Source: an uncultured bacterium (lineage in GTDB: Bacteria; SAR324; NAC60-12). From it: 11,018 nt of DNA. The DNA lies in assembly GCA_964010765.1 (NCBI GenBank), contig CAXGMD010000089.1:1-11018 (forward strand), in the 5' to 3' direction. Below the pieces are notes generated by a model that was not told the origin of the DNA, made no database searches, and worked only from the letters and a program-made list of their open reading frames with translations. A program made the translations under genes and the position numbers. This document shows, piece by piece, positions 1 to 6,968 of the stretch (positions are counted from its first letter, which is position 1; each line of letters begins with the position of its first letter).

Positions 1-370
1 CTGATTTGGGTAACTTTAGTACGGTCCGAGGCCCTTCCATCACATTCTGCAATACTGTCATATGGGGAAAAAGGTTGAAATGCTGGAAGACCATGCCAAT
101 TTTTGCACGGATCGGAATTAAGTCTCTTTCCTGATACAGTACCTGCCCGTTCTGTCGACTACCAATTAGCTCACCCCTTAAGCGGACCTCCCCAGAACTG
201 GGAATCTCCAAGAAATTCAAGCAGCGCAACAATGTAGACTTGCCAGAACCAGAAGCTCCAATAATAGCTAGACTCTCACCTTTATTGATTTGCAGATCAA
301 TCCCTCGAAGCACATGGTTCTCACCAAAATGCTTCTTCAAATTGCGACAGGACAGGATCTCTAGACTCAT
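1..370 (-). CDS. Polar amino acid ABC transporter ATP-binding protein (GlnQ/HisP family), 5' part only, truncated by the window edge
   Basis: Not in the ORF track. Manual translation from ATG (cat at 368-370) gives MSLEILSCRNLKKHFGENHVLRGIDLQINKGESLAIIGASGSGKSTLLRCLNFLEIPSSGEV...IGMVFQHFNLFPHMTVLQNVMEGP, with Walker A GASGSGKS and the family Q-loop GMVFQHFNLFPH. Open to position 1; starts 1 nt after the permease stop. Confidence 0.95.
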   Translation of the reverse strand, partial: MSLEILSCRNLKKHFGENHVLRGIDLQINKGESLAIIGASGSGKSTLLRCLNFLEIPSSGEVRLRGELIGSRQNGQVLYQERDLIPIRAKIGMVFQHFNLFPHMTVLQNVMEGPRTVLKLPKS

Positions 371-371
371 T

Positions 372-1031
372 TTACTTACGGAATCGATTTTCAAGGTGAT
401 AGACTAGGAACGCAAATGGAGAGATCACTACAAAAAAGATAAGCGCAACAACAGTATACGACTCAATGGGATTGAAGTGATAGGTGGAGATAGCCTTTGC
501 TTGGTGCATCAACTCCCCAAAAGCGATCACCGATGCCAATGAGGTCATCTTCATCAACTCCACAACTCGATTCATGAAAGCCGGAATCATCCGTACCACT
601 GCCTGAGGCAGAATAATTCGCCAGACTTGCTCACGATAAGTCATACCCAGGGCTTTGCCAGCTTCCCACTGACCTCGATGAATGGACTGAATTCCCCCTC
701 GGAAGATTTCTGCACAGAAAGCTGTGGTGTTCAAACCCAATCCCAGCGCTGCTGCTGCGAACGCATCAATATCAAATGGCGAGATGATTGGGAAAGCAAA
801 GTAGAACCACATGATCTGGACGAGTGCCGGGGTATTGCGAAAGATTTCCACAAAGACACTCGCCGGAAAGTTGACCCAGCGATTATGGGAATAACGTCCC
901 AATCCAACAAAAAAACCAAAAAATAGGCCAGTTATCAGAGTAAGTAGACCCAGCTTCAACGTATTGAGTAAGCCCTGTGATAGCAGTGGCCAACTAGCAA
1001 ATACGGTCTGGAAGTCCCAAACATGATCCAT
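372..1031 (-). CDS. Polar amino acid ABC transporter permease (HisM/GlnP family)
   Basis: 219 aa hydrophobic protein with GLLNTL, EIFRNTP, the EAA loop AEIFRGGIQSIHRGQWEAGKALGM and ILPQA..RMIP / MKMTSLASVI motifs. Its start overlaps the upstream stop (TGATG). Confidence 0.95.
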   Translation of the reverse strand: MDHVWDFQTVFASWPLLSQGLLNTLKLGLLTLITGLFFGFFVGLGRYSHNRWVNFPASVFVEIFRNTPALVQIMWFYFAFPIISPFDIDAFAAAALGLGLNTTAFCAEIFRGGIQSIHRGQWEAGKALGMTYREQVWRIILPQAVVRMIPAFMNRVVELMKMTSLASVIAFGELMHQAKAISTYHFNPIESYTVVALIFFVVISPFAFLVYHLENRFRK

Positions 1032-1711
1032 CAGTGCACTGTGCCTTCGCCAGTCTTGCCCAGCTGACGCTCAATGTGCTTGACCAGCAGAGAGGTGGGA
1101 AACAAAACAATGAAATAGAGTCCGGCCGCCACTGTGAAGACCTCTAATGGTCGATAGGTTGACTGAGCAATGTTATTCGCCTGATAAAGGAGATCTGCAT
1201 AAGATACCGTGGCAACCAACGTCGTAGTCTTCATCAATTCAATCACACGTTCCAAAAACGCAGGGATCATACGTTTGACTGCCTGGGGGAGAATGATTCT
1301 GCGCATCGACTCCAGATAGCTCATTCCGATAGCCCGGGCTGCTTCCCACTGTCCACTTTCAATGGAAACAATTCCACCACGGAACACTTCAGCAAAAAAA
1401 GCAGAGGATTGAATTGAGAAGGTCACCAAAGAAGCTCGAAAGGGATCCATCTCAATACCGGAGAGCATCGGCAAGGCAAAGAAAAACCAAAACAACTGAA
1501 CGATCGGTGGTGTGGTTCGAAAGAACTCAATCAGTACCCCCACAGAGACCCTGAGCCACTTGTATGTACTCAACCGAAGAATTGCTGCAAGCAGACCGAG
1601 TGGAATCCCAAATAGAAGTGCCCCACCGGTGATCTTCAATGTGTTCAGCAGACCTGCTAGTAACAGATCCAACTGGTTGAAAACTACTCCAAACTCCCAA
1701 ACATAGTCCAT
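1031..1711 (-). CDS. Polar amino acid ABC transporter permease (HisM/GlnP family)
   Basis: GLLNTL, EFFRTTP, EAA loop AEVFRGGIVSIESGQWEAARAIGM, ILPQAVKRMIP. Start placed at ATG 1711 rather than GTG 1720 because MDYVWEF aligns with MDHVWDF of the paralogue and AGGTG lies 6 nt upstream. Confidence 0.93.
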   Translation of the reverse strand: MDYVWEFGVVFNQLDLLLAGLLNTLKITGGALLFGIPLGLLAAILRLSTYKWLRVSVGVLIEFFRTTPPIVQLFWFFFALPMLSGIEMDPFRASLVTFSIQSSAFFAEVFRGGIVSIESGQWEAARAIGMSYLESMRRIILPQAVKRMIPAFLERVIELMKTTTLVATVSYADLLYQANNIAQSTYRPLEVFTVAAGLYFIVLFPTSLLVKHIERQLGKTGEGTVH

Positions 1712-1953
1712 CAACAACACCTAAGATCAACAGATAAAGCTTCCCAAGAATGTGCTCACTTTAGAAAGTGAACTTCGCACAGCAGCCGGCAGATCGCAAC
1801 CAGAAAGCTTCAACAAGGCCTGCCACTTTTACTAGGGAAAATCCCTACGAGAAGCGGCATACTCAATCCTATTAATTAAAAAATATCAATAGTTTCGTTT
1901 GTTAACATGAGGAGTACCTGCTTCTTTCAGGAAGAAAATAAATTAACTTGAAA

Positions 1954-2030
1954 TTTGGTATTACAAAAATGATATTCCCTAAATTTTCTAATCTTGTTTG
2001 ACAAAAATTTATTTTTGGTAACTCAAAAAT
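1954..2030. promoter_or_regulatory. Three candidate FadR/GntR operator sites in the divergent promoter region, one overlapping a TTGACA hexamer
   Basis: TTTGGTATTACAAAAAT (1954-1970), TCTTGTTTGACAAAAAT (1992-2008), TTTGGTAACTCAAAAAT (2014-2030). The first two fit the FadR-subfamily TnGT-N3-ACnA dyad; the third sits in the inverted repeat ATTTTTG-N6-CAAAAAT (2011-2030). TTGACA is at 1998-2003, but I found no convincing -10 at 17 bp. Confidence 0.6.
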
Positions 2031-2122
2031 CAGTAGTAAATGATATATTCTTGAGGATAAACACCAAGGTTTGTATGAATCAGTCAGTGCGTGTCAAACG
2101 AAAATTAAAGGCTTAAAGGAGA

Positions 2123-2818
2123 ATGGAATCAGAGAGAACGTCAGAGGTAGTAGCAGATTCACTGATTAAGGAGATCAAAGGAAACTACCTCGCGATTGGT
2201 GCGACCCTCCCAACAGAGCGGGAACTTTGTGATCGTTTTAGTGCGTCTCGTCCCACCATTCGGGAAGCTCTGCGTATCATGGAATTCAAGGGATACCTAC
2301 GACAAGCTTCCAATAAACGCCCTGTCGCTGAAAAACCGACCATTCAGAAAATTCTGAAGTACACCGCCGAAAACTTGAAAGAGATTCTTGATGATACCGA
2401 CAGCCAAGCCTACCTGGAGCAAATGCGCCAATTCATTGAGGTGGGAGCCCTACGAACTGTTATTGAAAGTTCCTCCGAGGTGAACCTGGCTCGCATTCAT
2501 AAGGCCCTGGTTGAGTGCCATCATGCAATTGGTAATCAGAAGACTTTTGCAGAAGCCGATATTGCGTTTCACCGAGCGATTGTCAAAGTGGTGGACAATC
2601 CCATCATGCTGAACCTACACGATATGTTCATTCGTAATTTATTATTCAGCCGACCGCCTGTCAGTAACCAGAATGAACACGACACAATGGTTTATCAGGA
2701 GCACAAAAGCATTTATGAAGCGATCCTCAGGAAAGACGCAGAGGCCGCAATGGTGGTTATGAACCAGCATCTCCATCGTTCCTATAAAATCCGACTTCAA
2801 GTTCCATCGGTTGAATAA
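2123..2818 (+). CDS. GntR family, FadR subfamily transcriptional regulator (wHTH + FCD domain)
   Basis: N-terminal LPTERELCDRFSASRPTIREALRIMEFKGYL wHTH; C-terminal ADIAFHRAIV..DNP and EHKSIYEAILRKDAEAA..M.QHL typical of the FCD domain. Start codon uncertain (see findings). Confidence 0.95.
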   Translation: MESERTSEVVADSLIKEIKGNYLAIGATLPTERELCDRFSASRPTIREALRIMEFKGYLRQASNKRPVAEKPTIQKILKYTAENLKEILDDTDSQAYLEQMRQFIEVGALRTVIESSSEVNLARIHKALVECHHAIGNQKTFAEADIAFHRAIVKVVDNPIMLNLHDMFIRNLLFSRPPVSNQNEHDTMVYQEHKSIYEAILRKDAEAAMVVMNQHLHRSYKIRLQVPSVE

Positions 2819-2820
2819 GG

Positions 2821-3576
2821 ATGAGGGCTATTTCTGAAGAGCAAATCGAGTCATTCAAAGCAGATGGGTATCTTCACTTACCTCGCTATTTGGAAGAATC
2901 AGCGCTCGACGCTACCAAGCAGGCGCTCAAGAAGGTGATGGATAAGATCAACACCTTTCGCAGTGAAGAAATCTATTATGAGGACAAGGCAGACCCAACC
3001 TCACTGAAGCAAATCCAGCATCTGGAAAACAAGGAAGAGTTCTTTCAGCAATTGATTTCCGTAGGAACAGTCTATGAGCTAGCCCAAGAGCTTCTCCAAG
3101 AAGAGCCGATTCCAAAAAATATTCAGTATTTCAACAAACCACCAAAGCACAGTTCGGCCACTCCTGCACATCAAGATGGCTATTATTTCATGCTCAACCC
3201 TTGTCGGGCTCTGACCATGTGGCTGGCTCTGGAGGAAGTAGATGAATCAAATGGCTGTATCAGTTATGTGAGGTCATCTCACCGGCTTGGAGTGAGGAAG
3301 CATCAGCGTACCAAAACCTTGGGATTCAGCCAGGGAATTGCTGACTTCCCCAGTCCTGAAGACCAAGCCCAACTAGTGAAAATCAAAGCTCAACCGGGCG
3401 ATTTACTAGTACACGACGCCATGACGATTCATTCAGCGGACAAGAATCGGTCTACCCGTACCAGGAAAGCCATCGGATTCATCTACTACGCAGCGAGTGC
3501 GAAAGTGGATGAGGTAGCCCATGCTGCCTATCAACAACAACTCGCCAATGACCTCCGCGAGGAGAACAAGATCTGA
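2821..3576 (+). CDS. Phytanoyl-CoA dioxygenase (PhyH) family Fe(II)/2-oxoglutarate-dependent oxygenase, copy 1
   Basis: FKADGYL start, FNKPP, TPAHQD (HxD), LTMWLALEEVDESNGC, SH, PGDLLVH..TIHSADKNRS (distal His), RKA (2OG-binding Arg). Confidence 0.92.
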   Translation: MRAISEEQIESFKADGYLHLPRYLEESALDATKQALKKVMDKINTFRSEEIYYEDKADPTSLKQIQHLENKEEFFQQLISVGTVYELAQELLQEEPIPKNIQYFNKPPKHSSATPAHQDGYYFMLNPCRALTMWLALEEVDESNGCISYVRSSHRLGVRKHQRTKTLGFSQGIADFPSPEDQAQLVKIKAQPGDLLVHDAMTIHSADKNRSTRTRKAIGFIYYAASAKVDEVAHAAYQQQLANDLREENKI

Positions 3577-3634
3577 GATTCTTCCAATGACCTTAAAGAT
3601 CAATCATCCATCCTTCTTTTGAAAAGAGCCCCTT

Positions 3635-4417
3635 ATGAGAAAAAGCAAAACTCTCGCGAAGTGGAAGAATCAACAGCCTGCCAAATTTTGTGCACTGCAG
3701 CACTACGTGCCTTCATTCTTGAAACATGCTGCCGTTTTTGGCTATGACTGCATCTGGCTAGATCTGGAGCACCGTGCTTTCGATGATCGTGAGGTGCAGT
3801 CACTACTTACCATGAGCCATTTGCATGATATTGATGTGATGGTGCGACCCAGCACGCTGGAGAAAAGTAAGTTGTACCGCTATCTGGAGGATGGGGCCGC
3901 AGGGCTAATGATTCCCCACGTTTCTGACGCAGAAAAAGCGCAAAATCTGGTCAATGCTGTAAAATTCCCCCCACTGGGTGATCGTGGGATTGATGGAGCC
4001 GGCTTGGACTGTGGATTCATGGTAGATTTTCATGAACAAGAAAATTTCGACTATACCAATCTGGTCAACCAAGAGACTTTTTTAGTGGTTCAGATTGAAA
4101 CTCCAGCTGCAGTCGAAAACATCGATACGATCGCTTCTGTCAAGGGTGTGGATGCTCTCTTCATCGGTATTGGAGATCTGGGTCTACGCTACAAACACAT
4201 GGAGAATCCGAACACCCTGGACGAAGTTGACATCATCATCAGTAAGGCTGCAAAAAAATATGGTATCCATTGGGGTCGTCCTATCCGTAACGAAGAAGAC
4301 GCCAAGAGAGCTCTGGCGTTAGGTTGCCAGATCTTCCCATTTGCTGGAGATTTTGAACTGATCATGGACGGGCTGCGTAGTCGAGCAAAGCAACTTGGTC
4401 AGATTTTTGGTGAGTAG
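3635..4417 (+). CDS. HpcH/HpaI-family class II pyruvate aldolase (GarL/RhmA-like)
   Basis: GYDCIWLDLEH, MVRP (catalytic Arg), GLMIPHV, KFPPLGDRG, VVQIET (metal-binding Glu), GVDALFIGIGDL (metal-binding Asp). Confidence 0.92.
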   Translation: MRKSKTLAKWKNQQPAKFCALQHYVPSFLKHAAVFGYDCIWLDLEHRAFDDREVQSLLTMSHLHDIDVMVRPSTLEKSKLYRYLEDGAAGLMIPHVSDAEKAQNLVNAVKFPPLGDRGIDGAGLDCGFMVDFHEQENFDYTNLVNQETFLVVQIETPAAVENIDTIASVKGVDALFIGIGDLGLRYKHMENPNTLDEVDIIISKAAKKYGIHWGRPIRNEEDAKRALALGCQIFPFAGDFELIMDGLRSRAKQLGQIFGE

Positions 4418-4511
4418 CTTAGTTCTGGATAAAATATTTCTAACATTATCCCTGCTCAAAATATGGCTCTGACATCAAACAAGTAAACAGAACCATACTG
4501 CGCTAAATAAA

Positions 4512-5381
4512 ATGACCCAACTCATCATTGGTACAGCCCAATTCGGTATGAACTACGGTATTGCCAATTCAACAGGTCAACCAAGTGAGAAAACAATTAG
4601 AGAAATCATTGAATGTGCAACAACAAATGAAATTCTCTACTATGATACAGCGATTTCTTATGGGAGTAGTGAAGAAGTCTTAGGAAAGATTTTTGGTGAG
4701 TTGGGAATTCATCAGCAAGTTAAGGTCTTTACCAAAATTCCAAAACGAACAAAAACAGATTCACAAGCATCAATTGATGATTCTGTAAAAAAATCAATTA
4801 ACAGGCTAAAAACAGATCATTTATTTGGCCTTCTACTACACAATGAATCAGATTATTTGTATTTGGAAGAATTGAGAAAAATCAAAGAAGCAGGTCTTTG
4901 CAAGCACATTGGGTTATCCACTGGACATGATCCTTCATTCAATAGTGAAATCTTGAAAAACGAGAATTTAGGGTTGCTTCAAATACCAGCGAATCTTTTG
5001 GATCGTAGAAATCTTGTTCCAAATATTCTGGATAACACTGCAGAAAAGCAAATCATTGTTCGGAGCATTTATCTACAGGGACTATTTTCAATTATGCCGC
5101 AGGTTCTCTCTGTATTTCATAGACCGTTGAGATCCTTACTTGAGCAACTCAATCAGATTGCTCAAAATTTTGGAATGGGTATTCATGAATTAGCCCTGCG
5201 ATATATTCTATCTTACTTACCAAGTTATGTCGTTCTTGGTGCGGAATCACTCCTGCAGTTTCAGAACAATTTAGCTTGGTTCAAGCGAGGTCCCTTAGAT
5301 AGAGATATACTAAAAAGAATCAACGCAGTCTCATACGATTTGGATTTTCAGCTAATCACCCCACATCTGTGGCCCAAGTGA
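4512..5381 (+). CDS. Aldo/keto reductase
   Basis: IGTAQFGMNYG, YYDTAISYGSSE (Asp/Tyr), VFTK (Lys), LLLH (His) tetrad; HIGLS, LQIPANLLD, RSIYLQG, LALRYILS, VVLG. Confidence 0.92.
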   Translation: MTQLIIGTAQFGMNYGIANSTGQPSEKTIREIIECATTNEILYYDTAISYGSSEEVLGKIFGELGIHQQVKVFTKIPKRTKTDSQASIDDSVKKSINRLKTDHLFGLLLHNESDYLYLEELRKIKEAGLCKHIGLSTGHDPSFNSEILKNENLGLLQIPANLLDRRNLVPNILDNTAEKQIIVRSIYLQGLFSIMPQVLSVFHRPLRSLLEQLNQIAQNFGMGIHELALRYILSYLPSYVVLGAESLLQFQNNLAWFKRGPLDRDILKRINAVSYDLDFQLITPHLWPK

Positions 5382-5388
5382 GAGCACT

Positions 5389-6162
5389 ATGAGTTTAGAT
5401 ATTGCTCAACTCAAAGAATCATTTCAACAAAACGGTTATGTTGTCGTTCCAAATTTTTTGGACACTAATGAACTAAAAACTGTGCAAATAAACCTTGAAA
5501 GGCTGATCGAAATCACTCATCAAAAACGTAATTATGAGCATGCGTTTTATGCCAACAAGCATGACAAAAGCTCGCTGAAGCAACTCCATCGCATTGAAGA
5601 AGATGATTTTTTCAAAAGCTATTCAACCAACTCGAAGTGGAGTTCCTTAGCTAGTACTTTACTAAATGAGAAAGTTGAACCTGCATTGGCGTTGGAGTGG
5701 TTCAACAAACCACCCAATTATTTTCACGAGACACCACCTCATCAGGATAATTTTTATTTTTGTTTTGAGCCTCCTCAGGCACTCACAATCTGGTTGGCCC
5801 TAGACCATGCAGACCAACGGACCGGATGCTTGCACTTCATTCCAGGCTCTCATTTACAGGGTATCCGACCCCATCGGCTCTCGAACAATCTAGGATTCTC
5901 CCAAACGATTGTGGATTTCACCGAAAAAGATCAACGAACTGGAGTTGCCATCACTGCAAATCCTGGAGATGCCGTTATTCATCACGCAGAGACGATCCAT
6001 TGGGCCGGCAGTAACCAAACCACAGACCGAAACCGAGCTGCTCTAGCGATGGTGTTTAAATCCAGCACTTGTCAGCGCAATCAGCAAAGATTTGAGGCCT
6101 ATCAACAAAGTGCAAAACCATTCATTCAACAAGAGCTTCGTTTGGCAGAGGTTGTTGAATGA
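5389..6162 (+). CDS. PhyH family Fe(II)/2-oxoglutarate-dependent oxygenase, copy 2
   Basis: FQQNGYVVVPNFL, FNKPP, TPPHQD, LTIWLALDHAD..TGCLHFIPGSH, PGDAVIHH.ETIHWAGSNQT, RAA. Confidence 0.92.
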   Translation: MSLDIAQLKESFQQNGYVVVPNFLDTNELKTVQINLERLIEITHQKRNYEHAFYANKHDKSSLKQLHRIEEDDFFKSYSTNSKWSSLASTLLNEKVEPALALEWFNKPPNYFHETPPHQDNFYFCFEPPQALTIWLALDHADQRTGCLHFIPGSHLQGIRPHRLSNNLGFSQTIVDFTEKDQRTGVAITANPGDAVIHHAETIHWAGSNQTTDRNRAALAMVFKSSTCQRNQQRFEAYQQSAKPFIQQELRLAEVVE

Positions 6163-6968
6163 GCAGCATCCAAAATGGAAGCAAAACCATCCAACAATTG
6201 TTTGATCTCACCGATACCGTGAGCTTGGTGACTGGTGCCTGTGGCCACTTGGGGAAAGCTCTTGCGCAGGGCTTGGCCGAAGCTGGTTCGAGTGTGGTGG
6301 TCAGTAGTCGTGAGGAGGATAAAGCTGTTCAATTTGCTCAGCAATTGCCAAGACCAGTGCAGCAGACTCACTTGGGAATTCAGTTGGATCAATTGGATGA
6401 GACTTCCCGTCAGGCTGGGGTTCAAAGAGTTCAAGCAGAATACGGAAGGATTGATACGTTGATCAACAACGGTCACTTCCCACTTTCTGCCGACCTGAAT
6501 TCAGTCACAGAAGAAGAATTCAAGGTTCAATTGTCCAATGCTTCAGCCTACTTTTTCCTGGCAAAGGCTATCTGTGATTTGGCGGTTGCCCAACAACGGC
6601 AGGCTTCGATCATTATGCTGGGTTCCATGTATGGTTCCGTGGGGTCGTATCCTGATGCGTATGAGGGTGTTTCTCCAGCTAGTCCTGTGGCCTATCACAC
6701 CTTGAAAGGAGGCATTCTGCAGATGACGCGACACTTGGCAGTCTATTGGGCTTCCAAGGGAGTTCGGGTCAACAGTCTGAGCCCTGGTCCATTTCCAGCT
6801 CCCAGTGCTCCCAGGGGGATGGTGCAGCGCCTTGAAAAGAAAAGCCCAATGAAACGTATGGGTAAACCAGATGAATTGAAAGGAGCTGTTGTGTTTCTGG
6901 CTAGTCAAGCCAGCAGTTACATGACCGGACAAAATCTTGTCATCGATGGAGGCTGGACCGCATGGTAG
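6159..6968 (+). CDS. Short-chain dehydrogenase/reductase (SDR)
   Basis: LVTGACGHLG Rossmann motif, GRIDTLINN, GSMYG (Ser), YHTLK (YxxxK), GVRVNSLSPG, PMKRMG.PDEL, SYMTGQNLVIDGGWTAW. ATGA overlap with the upstream gene. Confidence 0.95.
   Translation: MSSIQNGSKTIQQLFDLTDTVSLVTGACGHLGKALAQGLAEAGSSVVVSSREEDKAVQFAQQLPRPVQQTHLGIQLDQLDETSRQAGVQRVQAEYGRIDTLINNGHFPLSADLNSVTEEEFKVQLSNASAYFFLAKAICDLAVAQQRQASIIMLGSMYGSVGSYPDAYEGVSPASPVAYHTLKGGILQMTRHLAVYWASKGVRVNSLSPGPFPAPSAPRGMVQRLEKKSPMKRMGKPDELKGAVVFLASQASSYMTGQNLVIDGGWTAW

Noticed and set aside
1712..1720. GTG start at 1720 for the first permease
   Set aside because: The paralogue alignment and SD position favour ATG at 1711.
627..1730. Short ORFs 627-926(+), 731-919(-), 1512-1706(+), 1527-1730(-)
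   Set aside because: They overlap well-supported permease genes in other frames or strands and have no recognisable motifs.
1900..1907. Palindrome TGTTAACA
   Set aside because: Only 8 bp in AT-rich DNA and lacking the CAAAAAT arm of the triplicated motif; could be chance.
3545..3593. 10-bp direct repeat CCAATGACCT (3545-3554, 3584-3593) spanning the PhyH-1 stop
   Set aside because: Only two short copies, with no element between them; possibly a small local duplication scar, but no function can be supported.
2821..6162. Calling the PhyH genes ectD or phnY, and the ABC system ehu or phn
   Set aside because: The EctD signature FxWHSDFETWH is absent, there is no PhnZ HD-domain partner, and no ect/eut/phn genes are in the window.
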